Virus record (IMG/VR): IMGVR_UViG_3300048796_000144
Span: 1-40,171 of that record
DNA: 40,171 bases
Source: a virus
Lineage: Duplodnaviria; Caudoviricetes
Direction: 5' to 3' (one strand)
Shown here: positions 26,203-35,507 of the stretch, piece by piece
Layout: every line of letters starts with the position of its first letter
How positions within the stretch are numbered: position 1 is the first letter of the stretch
Notes under the pieces: generated by a model
Database searches by the model: none
Told to the model about the DNA's origin: nothing
The model's input: only the letters and a program-made list of their open reading frames with translations
Translations under genes and position numbers: made by a program

Positions 26203-26237
26203 CACTTCGTGCCGTCTTGGACGCTTCGCGTAAAAGC
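26202..26237 (+). repeat. Twin mini-hairpin dispersed repeat, copy 4
   Basis: GCAC-TTC-GTGC CGTCTTGG ACGC-TTC-GCGT AAAAGC. Confidence 0.8.
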
Positions 26238-26278
26238 TTTTTGAGATTTAGATCGCAGTTCCGAAAGAGGAGTCATTT

Positions 26279-26665
26279 ATGAGCGCAGTCGCGACACGTA
26301 CTTTGGGTTGGTCGAAGAAGGATACCTACCAGGCGCAGGCCGCCAACCAGGGCCGCGGCCTCGCATTGGCGCAAGGCGGAAGCGGCGACAACTATCTCGC
26401 CACGGCCGGAGCGAACGTGATCTGCCGCGGCATCCAGGAAGAGGCTTCCGTCAGCGCCGGCGATCCGATCGCCTGCGTCGAGATGGGTGATGCCATCGCC
26501 ATCGCTGGCGCGGCTGTCGCGTCGGGCGTGTACGTCAAGTCCAACGCGGCCGGTCAACTGATCCCGATCACCACGGCGGCAGACAACATCGTCGGCATGG
26601 CGAAGTCGAGCGCAGCTGCACTGGGCGATGAGTTCGTTATCCTCGTCGATCCTTCCGTCAACTAA
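26279..26665 (+). CDS. Capsid decoration/cement protein (DUF2190-like)
   Basis: Ala/Gly-rich beta protein, IVGMAKSSAAALGDEFVILV; between protease and capsid. Confidence 0.8.
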   Translation: MSAVATRTLGWSKKDTYQAQAANQGRGLALAQGGSGDNYLATAGANVICRGIQEEASVSAGDPIACVEMGDAIAIAGAAVASGVYVKSNAAGQLIPITTAADNIVGMAKSSAAALGDEFVILVDPSVN

Positions 26666-26760
26666 TTTCCAACCGGCTGCGGGCTTTCGGGCTCGCAGCC
26701 GGCAGTTTGAAGCAGCACAAATTTGTGACTCCGCCAGGCGCGGGGGAAAGCGAGTAGAAC

Positions 26761-27747
26761 ATGGGCGGTTTCGCAGCAACTCCACAGGGCGGCGTACTCG
26801 ACGTAGCGGTCTCCAACTTCGCCAAGCAGTACCGCAACAACGAGCTGATTGGCGATCTGCTGGCGCCCCGCGTTCCGATGGACCGCGAGACGTTCCAGTA
26901 CATCATCCACGGCCGCGACAACCTGCGGCTCGACGGATCCACGCTGCGCGCACCTGGCGACTCGCCGCGGAAGATCCGGTCCAGCTTCTCGCTGGCTCCG
27001 TACTTCTGCAAGTCGCACGCACTGGGCGCGGAGATCCCGTTCGAGACTGAGAAGTTCGCTCAAGGCTACGGCTTCTCGCAGATCGCCAAGGCCGCGCAGC
27101 AGGTGATGGACAAGCTGATGCTCGACCGCGAAGTCTACCTCGCAGGCCTGGCAGCCGGCAGCGGCACCACCATCGCGCTCAGCGGTACTTCGATGTGGGA
27201 CAACGCCGCGTCGACTCCGATCGAGCAGATCACCGCCGCGAAGTCTACCGTGCTGCAGTCAGGCGTTCGCCCCAATATCCTCATCCTGGGACACCCGGTG
27301 GTCGATGCGCTGATCAACAACGCCGAGATCATCAACCGCGTGAAGTACACCTTCCCCGGCGGCGTGATCGACCAGGTCAACCTCGCACAGCTCTCCGCCG
27401 TGCTTGGCATCCGCTGCGTCGATGCGGCGGCCGTCCAGGTGGACAAGAACGACGCGGTCAGCTTCGTCTGGGGTCAGAACGCGGTGCTCGCATACGCGCA
27501 GGACGCCAGCAGCCAGTACGACCTCAGCAGCTTCAAGACGTTCGTCTGGACCGCTGCTCCGGAGACGGTCGACGGCTACGGCGTGATCACCGAGCCGAAA
27601 TTTCCGCTCAGCTCCAAGGCCACCCTGGTCTCCACCGACTGGTACTGGGACATCAAGAACACGGCTCCCGAGACCACGTACACCTTCACCAACTGCTGCG
27701 CGGCGCCGACGTACGAGACGCTGCCGAGCTTCCCAGCGGCTGAGTAA
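26761..27747 (+). CDS. Major capsid protein
   Basis: 328 aa after decoration gene; YRNNELIGDLLAPRVPM, LSGTSMWDNAASTPI, GVRPNILILG. Confidence 0.88.
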   Translation: MGGFAATPQGGVLDVAVSNFAKQYRNNELIGDLLAPRVPMDRETFQYIIHGRDNLRLDGSTLRAPGDSPRKIRSSFSLAPYFCKSHALGAEIPFETEKFAQGYGFSQIAKAAQQVMDKLMLDREVYLAGLAAGSGTTIALSGTSMWDNAASTPIEQITAAKSTVLQSGVRPNILILGHPVVDALINNAEIINRVKYTFPGGVIDQVNLAQLSAVLGIRCVDAAAVQVDKNDAVSFVWGQNAVLAYAQDASSQYDLSSFKTFVWTAAPETVDGYGVITEPKFPLSSKATLVSTDWYWDIKNTAPETTYTFTNCCAAPTYETLPSFPAAE

Positions 27748-27779
27748 GCCAACATCAAACCGCAGTGCGAGTAGTAACC

Positions 27780-27813
27780 AAAGGGAGCGGATCACAACGG
27801 TCCGCTCCCTTTT
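27780..27813 (+). terminator. Intrinsic terminator after capsid gene
   Basis: AAAGGGAGCGGA-loop-TCCGCTCCCTTTT. Confidence 0.75.
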
Positions 27814-27851
27814 ACCAGAAGCAAGAGATCACGAATCAGGAGACCAGGACC

Positions 27852-28004
27852 ATGGCCAAGCACACCGTTACCAAGACCATCCACCACGACGGCAAGCTCT
27901 ACCGCAAAGGCGCGACCGTCGAACTCACCCCCGACCAGGCCGAGCCGTTGATCGCCATCGGGCACGTCGCCGATCCGAAGGCCAAGAAGGACGCAGAGAA
28001 GTAA
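27852..28004 (+). CDS. Small head-associated protein (Mu gp35-like position)
   Basis: AGGA SD; IHHDGKLYRKGATVELTPDQAEPLIAIG. Confidence 0.75.
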   Translation: MAKHTVTKTIHHDGKLYRKGATVELTPDQAEPLIAIGHVADPKAKKDAEK

Positions 28005-28045
28005 GTTTGCAACCGTAGCCGCCCACCGGAGCCTGATCGCACGCC

Positions 28046-28477
28046 ATGCCTTACATCACCCAGACCGACCTGCTGCAGCGGATGACGCTGAAGCAACTCA
28101 CGCAGCTCACCGACGATGCCGCCACCGGCTCGCCGGACGAGACCATCGTGAGCGGCGTGCTGGAAGAGGCGTCGGGCATGGTGGACGGCTACTGCCGCAA
28201 CAAGTACGCCACGCCGCTGCAGCAGAGCGACGAGGTGATGTCGATCGCGCGGGATATCGCAGTGTACCTGCTCTTCAGCCGCAGGCCGCAAGCGATGCCG
28301 GAGACGGTGCGGCAGCGTTACAGCGACCGCATCGCGCTCCTCAAGGATGTGTCCAGGGGCTCGGCCGTGCTCGACCAACCAGTCGGCGCGACAGCCCAGA
28401 CCATCTCCGCCGGCCCTGTGGTTCCCAGCGGCAAGCATCTCCGCTTCAGCAACCGTAATCTGGATGGCCTGGTCTGA
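28046..28477 (+). CDS. Head-tail adaptor (Mu gp36/DUF1320)
   Basis: MPYITQTDL...EASGMVDGY..KYATPL...DIAVYLL...RYSDRIALLKDVSRG. Confidence 0.9.
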   Translation: MPYITQTDLLQRMTLKQLTQLTDDAATGSPDETIVSGVLEEASGMVDGYCRNKYATPLQQSDEVMSIARDIAVYLLFSRRPQAMPETVRQRYSDRIALLKDVSRGSAVLDQPVGATAQTISAGPVVPSGKHLRFSNRNLDGLV

Positions 28478-29172
28478 TGTCCACCATCACCGCAAAGGTC
28501 GACGAAGGCACAGTCCGCATCGGACTCGGCGAGCTGCGCGCAGCCGTCACCGATGTGCGTCCGCTGCTGAATATCGCCGGCGAAGTGATGCGCGGATCGG
28601 TCGCGCGCACGTTCCGCGACGAAGGCTCGCCGGCGGGCAGCTGGCCTGCGCTCGCGCTCTCCACGCTGAAGAAGAAGGGCTACACCTCCGGACACAAGCT
28701 GCTGGTCTTGTCCGGAAGACTCTTCGGCTCCATCAGCTACGACACGATGGAAGGCAACACGCTGACCATCGGCACCAACCTCGTGTATGCGCCCGTGCAG
28801 CAGTTCGGCTCCGCTGACTATCGCGGCAACTTCACCGGGCCGCTCTCGCACGAGCAGCACCTGGCGCACGAGGCAGAGCGCGTCGACGTCGGCGCACATA
28901 GGTCCAGCCGCGGCGCGAAGCAGCGCTACGGCACCACGCTGGTGACGGCGAAGAACGGACGCGTGATGAAGGTCCGAGTGAAGATCGCCGGGCCGCTGAA
29001 TCGCTCGCACTTCGGCGTCGGCGAGCACAAGCGCCACCAGAACATTCCGCCGCGTCCCTTCCTGGTCTTCCGTCCGGAGGATCCCGCGCGCATGGTTGAG
29101 GGCTTCGAAGCGTACCTGATGGCGAAGGCCAAGAACATCGGCCAGGTGCGCGCCGCAGGAGGTGCCCAGTGA
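28477..29172 (+). CDS. Virion morphogenesis/tail completion protein (Mu gpG family)
   Basis: SPAGSWPAL, LVLSGRLFGSI, IGTNLVYAPVQQFG, NIPPRPFL. Confidence 0.9.
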   Translation: MSTITAKVDEGTVRIGLGELRAAVTDVRPLLNIAGEVMRGSVARTFRDEGSPAGSWPALALSTLKKKGYTSGHKLLVLSGRLFGSISYDTMEGNTLTIGTNLVYAPVQQFGSADYRGNFTGPLSHEQHLAHEAERVDVGAHRSSRGAKQRYGTTLVTAKNGRVMKVRVKIAGPLNRSHFGVGEHKRHQNIPPRPFLVFRPEDPARMVEGFEAYLMAKAKNIGQVRAAGGAQ

Positions 29173-29663
29173 GCCAGGGCGCATTCCCGCAGACGCAGGC
29201 ATGGCAGACGCTGAACGCGATGTTGACCGCCGGACTCAGCGGCGTCGATGTTGCGGCCGTCAGCGAAAAGGATTTCAACGAGGGCGAGCTGATCATGACG
29301 CCGCCTTCGGTGCGCACGTACTACGGCGGTACAAAGTTCACGTCGTTCAGCGACATGTCGCGGCAGAACTACCAGGCCACCGGCGAGTTCATCATCCTGT
29401 GTGCCGACGAGGACCGCTCCCCGGATCTGGCGCAGCAGGCGTTCATCTCTGTCGCGCTGGCGGGCACCGTGTGCGCACTGCTGGCAGGCGCAACATTGAT
29501 CCTGCCCAGCGGCGATCAGTCCGAGCCGATCACGCTGATCTCCATCACGCCTTTGCCGGTGGAAGGCGTCGGCATGGCATACGCGATCGCGGTCGAGGTT
29601 CCCGGCCTGGCGCAGTTTCCCGGAACCAACGTGGCCGGATATACCGGCGAGGTGGGCGAATGA
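29169..29663 (+). CDS. Tail terminator-like protein (Mu gp37 position)
   Basis: Size and position before tail tube; coupled. Confidence 0.65.
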   Translation: MSQGAFPQTQAWQTLNAMLTAGLSGVDVAAVSEKDFNEGELIMTPPSVRTYYGGTKFTSFSDMSRQNYQATGEFIILCADEDRSPDLAQQAFISVALAGTVCALLAGATLILPSGDQSEPITLISITPLPVEGVGMAYAIAVEVPGLAQFPGTNVAGYTGEVGE

Positions 29664-29899
29664 TAGGTCCTGATTTCTGCCTGGTTGAGTTGACCGCCGA
29701 TGGCATTGCCTTTGCGAAGGAAGCGCCGCTGCGCATCTCGAACGGCCGCATCTCGCTGGTGTTCGCGCCCGGCACGCAGACCAAGGTGGCGAACTACGAG
29801 TGGGACATGCTGCTGCGCGACCACACCACGTTCGACGGAAAAGTTTTGTTCCAGAAAGTACAGCCCGAAGCACCAGACGCGGTTGAGGAGACGAAGTAA
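29660..29899 (+). CDS. Small hypothetical tail-region protein
   Basis: GAGGTG SD, ATGA overlap, 79 aa. Confidence 0.65.
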   Translation: MIGPDFCLVELTADGIAFAKEAPLRISNGRISLVFAPGTQTKVANYEWDMLLRDHTTFDGKVLFQKVQPEAPDAVEETK

Positions 29900-30904
29900 A
29901 TGTCCTACACAATGCAGAAGCAAGCCAGCCGGAATCTCGTCATCAGCCCGAAGGTGCAGACCACCTGGGGAACTCGCCTGCTGGACGCAAGCCTCACCGT
30001 TCGCCAGCGCTTCAATCCGTCCACCGTGTTCGAGAAGATGCAGACCTCGCGCAGCGACCAGATGACGGCGGGCAAGGGCACCGAGTGGGCTACCGACCGC
30101 ACCATCACCAGCTGGGACACCAAGGGCACGCTGACGGCGGAGGCTGACGCCTTCCTGCTCTCGTGGGCTATGGCGCTGATCTTCGGCCAGGAGACCGACA
30201 CCGGCGCCGGGCCGTACACGCACACCTTTACCGTGCCCAACGTGACGGCGACCATGCCTGCGACGTCGCTCTATATCGAAGAGACGGCGGACCAGCACTT
30301 CTATATGCCGGACATGTCCGCGACTTCGCTCTCACTGACGGTTCCCGAGCGCGGCGCGGTTAGCCTGGCACTTGATATGGTTGGCACCGGCAAGTGGACC
30401 CCCGGAAGCTTCGGCGGCGCACTGCCCGCTGTCTCCGCGTTGAACTATCTGCTGGGCAACGATGTGCAGATCTCGATCACGCCCTCGGGCGGCGCGCTGA
30501 CGCCGTTCGTAGGCCGGCAGAAGTCGCTGTCGATCAAGGTCGATCGCCAGGCGAAGCCGTTCCAGTCGAGCGGCGACGGTCTGTACTCCAACTCGGTTGC
30601 GGCCGGCGCGGGCAAGTTTGCTGTCGACTTCACCATCGCGGCCAACGCGGCGGACGATGTCAACGGCTGGTTCGAGAGCGGCACCGCGCTGAACATCGCG
30701 ATCGTAACCAACCCGGCGAAGACCTACCAGTTCGGATTCAACTTCCCGGTTGCCTACGCGAAGGCGAACAAACTGGGCAACACCGAAGACAAGGTGATGT
30801 GGTCGCTCAGCTTCGACGAGACCAGCTGCCTGCAGAACGGAGCAGCGGCTGCCATCAGCGCTTTCTGCATCGACAATACCCCGGCCTTCCTGGTCGCCGG
30901 ATAA
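29900..30904 (+). CDS. Major tail (tube) protein, non-contractile
   Basis: GAGPYTHTFT motif, Thr/Gly-rich, followed by terminator; no sheath gene present. Confidence 0.82.
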   Translation: MSYTMQKQASRNLVISPKVQTTWGTRLLDASLTVRQRFNPSTVFEKMQTSRSDQMTAGKGTEWATDRTITSWDTKGTLTAEADAFLLSWAMALIFGQETDTGAGPYTHTFTVPNVTATMPATSLYIEETADQHFYMPDMSATSLSLTVPERGAVSLALDMVGTGKWTPGSFGGALPAVSALNYLLGNDVQISITPSGGALTPFVGRQKSLSIKVDRQAKPFQSSGDGLYSNSVAAGAGKFAVDFTIAANAADDVNGWFESGTALNIAIVTNPAKTYQFGFNFPVAYAKANKLGNTEDKVMWSLSFDETSCLQNGAAAAISAFCIDNTPAFLVAG

Positions 30905-30913
30905 GTTTCCACC

Positions 30914-30958
30914 CCGCCGGGCTGGTCCAATGATGGGGCGAGCCCGGCGGTCTTTTTC
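30914..30958 (+). terminator. Intrinsic terminator after tail tube gene
   Basis: CCGCCGGGCT...AGCCCGGCGG-TCTTTTTC. Confidence 0.8.
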
Positions 30959-31118
30959 AAACCATTTTGTGCATGTCCACAAAATGGTCTCTGACAGTAG
31001 ACGGTGGCACCCCTTCGCTGCCGTGCGAGCACCGCAGATCTACGCGGACACTCGGAGAAGGACAGGTTCCCTCAACCTGGCAGCATCCACAAACACAAAT
31101 CCAACCTGAGGGAATCCC

Positions 31119-31877
31119 ATGCAAGAAAATCACGAAGCGCTTTTAGATCTGGCTCAGCCGCGCACCGTCGTTCTCAGCGATCGCGGCAAAACGTACGTGC
31201 TCCACTGCCGCCGCGTCACCGATGCGGACTGGAGAGAGTACCTCATGGGTGGCACCGTAACCTCTGAGAGCAACGGCAAGGAACGCTTCGACACCGTCGA
31301 GACGGACACGCCGTTCCTCGAACTCGCGGAGCGCGTGCTGACCGGTGCGCAGGGCTACACCGTCACCGGCGGCGCTGACCTGACCACGCTGCCCAACTGG
31401 CAGAAGAAGATTCCGCTGGCGCATCGCCGCATGGTGGGCTACACGCTCGCCGATGTCGGTCCTTCGGTCGCGGGCGATCTGACCATCGACCCGGAAGTGG
31501 AAGTGATCTCGCTCGACGCGACCTGGAGCGTTGCCGACGACAGCGAGAGCATGACGAAGTACTCCGGGCTGCAGCACTTCCTGAAGACGCCCAGCGAGGC
31601 GCAGTACCGGCGCTACGCCAACGAGAGCAGCCGCCGCCGTGTGATCGGCGGGTCGCGCAGCGGCAAGACGGTGTACTCCAACGCGTCGATGATCCTGCTG
31701 GCCGCGATGTACGACGAACTGGTTGTGCGCGTCGACGGCTACAGCGTAAACGGCTCCAAGTTCGAAGCAGTCGAGACCATCCGTGGCGAGATGGACATGT
31801 TCCACAAGATCCGCGCGGCGCAGGAACTGTTCGCGCCCAGCTCCGCCGTGAAGCTGGCCGGAGGTGAAGAGGGATGA
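31119..31877 (+). CDS. Tail assembly chaperone-like protein
   Basis: Position between tube and tape measure; GAGGGA SD. Confidence 0.65.
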   Translation: MQENHEALLDLAQPRTVVLSDRGKTYVLHCRRVTDADWREYLMGGTVTSESNGKERFDTVETDTPFLELAERVLTGAQGYTVTGGADLTTLPNWQKKIPLAHRRMVGYTLADVGPSVAGDLTIDPEVEVISLDATWSVADDSESMTKYSGLQHFLKTPSEAQYRRYANESSRRRVIGGSRSGKTVYSNASMILLAAMYDELVVRVDGYSVNGSKFEAVETIRGEMDMFHKIRAAQELFAPSSAVKLAGGEEG

Positions 31878-32086
31878 GCAGTGCGCGCAGTTTCGATCTC
31901 ACCCCATCGGAGCTGCGCGTTTATCTCCACATCGTTGAGGACGGCCTCCGCGATCGCGAGATAAGGGCACGAGTCGGATACAGCGTCGGCGGACTGAAGA
32001 CGTGCATCCACCGGATATTGCAGAAGAAGGGCGCAGCCAGCCGCGTGGACCTGGTTGTGAAGCACTGGAAGGGAAAGAAGCTGTGA
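31874..32086 (+). CDS. Stand-alone LuxR-type HTH protein
   Basis: LTPSELRVYLHIVEDGLRDREIRARVGYSVGGLKTCIHRILQKKGAASRVDLV matches the LuxR/GerE pattern. Confidence 0.75.
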   Translation: MSSARSFDLTPSELRVYLHIVEDGLRDREIRARVGYSVGGLKTCIHRILQKKGAASRVDLVVKHWKGKKL

Positions 32087-32493
32087 ACGGAGTACTCCAG
32101 GTCGAGCGGGATCCAGCGGGCTTGCAGATCGCCGTGCGTGAGCTGTTCGAGGAGTCGTTCTTCGAAGAGGCGACGAAGTCTCTGCTGGCCAAGGTGCAGG
32201 ACGAGGAAATGCGCGAGTCGATCCTGATGGATGCTCCGTCGCGCACGCTCTCTCCTGGCTACTACGACCGCTGCGTGTACCTGCTGGACCTGGGCTCGGC
32301 GATCGAGGCGGGCGTGCAGTACGGAGCCGGGCAGCTCCGCCGCGACGACGTCGCCGGGCTGCTGGCAGTGAAGCGCGCGAAGGCTGAGTTTGAGCAGGAG
32401 CACCCGAGCTGCCCCAGCTGCGGCACGCGCCAGGACAACCGCTTCATGGACAAGTGCAAGAGCTGCCGGCAGGTATTCCGGAGGAACGACTGA
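32083..32493 (+). CDS. Pre-tape-measure protein (gpT-like position) with C-terminal Zn ribbon
   Basis: GTGA-coupled start; CPSCG...CKSC. Confidence 0.7.
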   Translation: MNGVLQVERDPAGLQIAVRELFEESFFEEATKSLLAKVQDEEMRESILMDAPSRTLSPGYYDRCVYLLDLGSAIEAGVQYGAGQLRRDDVAGLLAVKRAKAEFEQEHPSCPSCGTRQDNRFMDKCKSCRQVFRRND

Positions 32494-35400
32494 TGGCGAC
32501 CGCAACCGCAGTGACGATCAAGGTAGTCGTCGACGGCTCGCAGGCCGGCCCCGCAATCGACCAGATCAACCAGGGGCTCGCGCAGATCGGCGTCAAAGGC
32601 ACGGCTTCGATGAATCAGGCGGCGGGCGCGGCCAACACGATGGCTGGCGGCATGACCAAAGGCCTCGACTCCGTACGCCTGATGTCGCAGGAGTTTGGTC
32701 TCCGCCTCCCGAGGGCGATTGAGCACTGGCTGGCCAGCATGCCCGCGGTGACGAACGCGATCCAGTCGGTCTTCTCTGTGATGGCTGGCCTGGTCGCGCT
32801 GCAGGTGTTCGAGCGGCTGGCCGAGGGCGCATACCACCTCTACGAGAAGTACCTTTCGGTGCAGGCCGTGCAGGACGAGTTCTATGAGTCGGTGAAGAAG
32901 ACGGCAGAGACCGAGTTTGCGAACACACGCTCGATCGAGGACACGCGGCTGCGCATCGACCAGGCTACGCAATCGATGGTCGCCTACAACAAGGCAGCCG
33001 AAGGAAGCCAGAAGTCGGGATGGGCGACACTCTTCTCCAACCTCGGCAACCCGGCCGGCATGGCTGCCGGCGCTGTCGATCTGATGGGCGCGCACAACCT
33101 TGCCGAGGGCGGCGCCACCGCCGGCAAGCAGATGATGCAGTTGACACCGAAGCAGATCGAGCAGCAGCACGAGCTGAACGTCCTGAACATCGAGGCCGCG
33201 CATGCCAAGGACGCGGAGCTGGGCGCGAGCGCGAAGATCACGGCGGAGCTGGAGAAGCAGAAGGCGCTGCACGGCGAGAATCGGAAGTTCGGCCACGCGA
33301 TGGACATCTCGATGGGCAACCCGACCTCGACGGACGCGGGCTCGGCCGAGGAAGCTGCGCAGAACCAGATTGCCGCGGGCAAAGCCTCTGAGCAGACCAT
33401 TGCTCTCTATCGCAAGGAGCGCGACGAGCGCATCGAGGCGCAGAACGCTGCCGTGCTCAGCGGGCTCGATGGCGAGGCAAAGCTCGAAGCCGAGAAGCAA
33501 CAGGCAATCGACAAGATCGTGCAGCGCTACAAGGATGGAGAGATCTCGAAGCGCACCGAGGATGCGATGACGGCCGCGGCTTCAGAGAAGTTCGACAACG
33601 AGCGTTACGACCGCGTCACCAAGCAGATCACCGATGCGCAGAAGACGCTGCGCGATGCCAACTCTTCCGGCCTGACGGGCGCGGCGAAGATCACCGCGGA
33701 GCACGACGCCAAGGTGGAGGACATCAACACCGATCGCTCTCTCGACCCGAACGCGGCCTCGCTGCTGCGCCAGGCGGCAAAGGTGAAGATGGACCAGGAC
33801 ATGGGCCAGTTCTGGGACGAGAGCGACATGAAGGAAGCCGAGGATATGCAGCGCTCGGCCGAACAGCACGCGCGCATCCTGGATGAAGAAGTGAACTATG
33901 CGAAGCAGGCGGCCGAAGCCGAGCGGCGCGTGCGCGGCACCGGCCTGACCGGATGGGTAACCGACTACCAGAACGCCGTCGCTGCGATCGAGGCGCAGGA
34001 TGCGGCCGAGACACAGAAGCTGCAGGGGCTGGTCGCGACCGGCAAGATGACGCAGGCCGAGTACCAGGAGGCGAAGGTCAACATCGACCGCACCGCGAAC
34101 GCGCAGATCCAGCAGCAGAATCAGGAGATGTCACACCAGATCGCGAACACGCTGGAGCAGGCGTTCGCCAATCCCGTCGACTTCATCAAGCGAAAGATGG
34201 AGGAGATGTTCATGCAGATCATCGCCAACTGGATCATGCAGACGAAGATGTTCCAGTCAGTCTTCGGCAGCTCGATGGGCAGTGCGCAGCCAGGTGCGGC
34301 AGGCGGCGCCGGCGGCGGGATATTGCAGCAGATCATGATGGGAACCGCGCCCTGGTCGCACGCCTCGGCCAGGTCCGCCTCCGGCACTCCGGTAGGCAGC
34401 ACGATCCCGAACTCGGGCGGCATGGTGATGACGGATGCAGGCCCGGTCCCGATGCTCGATCCAACGTCGCCGGGGCTGCAGAATAACTTCGCCGGCAACG
34501 GTATCCCCAGCATCAGCGGAAGCGGGCAGCCCAGCTCTAATCCGAACGCCGGCACGCCCAGCATCGGCAGCGGCCTTCCCATTCCGGGCGGCGGCGGCAG
34601 CGGCTCTGGCGGCTCGGGCGGCTCGGCGGCTATTGGCAAGGGCGCCCAGATTGCCGGCGCGGCATACGCCGGATACCAGGGCTATGAAGACACCAAGGCC
34701 GACTTCAAAAGCGGAAGCGTGAGCGGCATGCTGAAGGGCACGATGCAGGATGCCATGGCGGGCGCAGTGATCGGCAGCCTGTTCGGACCGGTGGGCACGG
34801 TAGTCGGCGCGGCCGCGGGCGCGCTGGTTGGGCTTGCGGCCGGAACCGCGGGCATGATCATGGGCGAGGGCGGCAACCTGGCCGCGCGCGACTACTACAA
34901 GAAGACGCTGTTTCCGGAGATCGAGAAGCAGCGCAACGGCAACGGCCAGGGCGACTGGCAGGCGGCCGTCTCCCAGATCAACCGTACGGCCAGCGATGGC
35001 ATGCTGTACATGTCGCAGCACTGGGGAAGCGGCGCGGCGCAGTGGGTGGATGACAACTACCTGAAGAAGGAACAGCAGCTGGCGCTGAGCGAGCTGGAGT
35101 CGCGCGCGAAGGGCGGAGCACAGTACGTCGGCATGTCCGCCAACCAGTTCCACTCCGGCGGCCCGATCACAGGCTTCGGCAGCTACGGCACCAGCTCGAA
35201 CGAAGGCATGATCCACGCGATGCTGGGCGAGACGGTGATGAACCCGAGCGCCAGCAGCCAACATGGCGCGGTGCTGAACGCCATGAACTCCGGCGCCGAC
35301 GCCACTGACGTTGCGCGCATGTACCTGGGCGCGGGCAGCAGCTCCTCCGCATCCGGAGGCGGCGGCGATACGCACCACCACTGGACCGTCAACGCCGTCG

Positions 35401-35507
35401 ACGCCAGGGGCTTCGAGAGCATGCTGCGCAACGGCGGCGCGCGCCTGATCGTGAAGCACACCAACCAATACGCAAGCCAGTACGCAGGAGACGGCATCAG
35501 TGGCTGA
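32493..35507 (+). CDS. Tape measure protein
   Basis: About 1004 aa Ala/Gln-rich helical; Gly-rich TM-like segments; C-terminal FHSGG...GETVM and TVNAVDARGF motifs. Confidence 0.9.
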   Translation: MATATAVTIKVVVDGSQAGPAIDQINQGLAQIGVKGTASMNQAAGAANTMAGGMTKGLDSVRLMSQEFGLRLPRAIEHWLASMPAVTNAIQSVFSVMAGLVALQVFERLAEGAYHLYEKYLSVQAVQDEFYESVKKTAETEFANTRSIEDTRLRIDQATQSMVAYNKAAEGSQKSGWATLFSNLGNPAGMAAGAVDLMGAHNLAEGGATAGKQMMQLTPKQIEQQHELNVLNIEAAHAKDAELGASAKITAELEKQKALHGENRKFGHAMDISMGNPTSTDAGSAEEAAQNQIAAGKASEQTIALYRKERDERIEAQNAAVLSGLDGEAKLEAEKQQAIDKIVQRYKDGEISKRTEDAMTAAASEKFDNERYDRVTKQITDAQKTLRDANSSGLTGAAKITAEHDAKVEDINTDRSLDPNAASLLRQAAKVKMDQDMGQFWDESDMKEAEDMQRSAEQHARILDEEVNYAKQAAEAERRVRGTGLTGWVTDYQNAVAAIEAQDAAETQKLQGLVATGKMTQAEYQEAKVNIDRTANAQIQQQNQEMSHQIANTLEQAFANPVDFIKRKMEEMFMQIIANWIMQTKMFQSVFGSSMGSAQPGAAGGAGGGILQQIMMGTAPWSHASARSASGTPVGSTIPNSGGMVMTDAGPVPMLDPTSPGLQNNFAGNGIPSISGSGQPSSNPNAGTPSIGSGLPIPGGGGSGSGGSGGSAAIGKGAQIAGAAYAGYQGYEDTKADFKSGSVSGMLKGTMQDAMAGAVIGSLFGPVGTVVGAAAGALVGLAAGTAGMIMGEGGNLAARDYYKKTLFPEIEKQRNGNGQGDWQAAVSQINRTASDGMLYMSQHWGSGAAQWVDDNYLKKEQQLALSELESRAKGGAQYVGMSANQFHSGGPITGFGSYGTSSNEGMIHAMLGETVMNPSASSQHGAVLNAMNSGADATDVARMYLGAGSSSSASGGGGDTHHHWTVNAVDARGFESMLRNGGARLIVKHTNQYASQYAGDGISG

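Noticed and set aside
5357-26237. Dispersed repeat as a CRISPR array or attachment site
   Set aside because: Copies are kilobases apart with no spacers, cas genes or integrase
31017-31084. Cloverleaf-like fold as a tRNA
   Set aside because: No TTC T-loop, D-loop or acceptor-stem geometry; kept as a candidate cis-regulatory RNA instead
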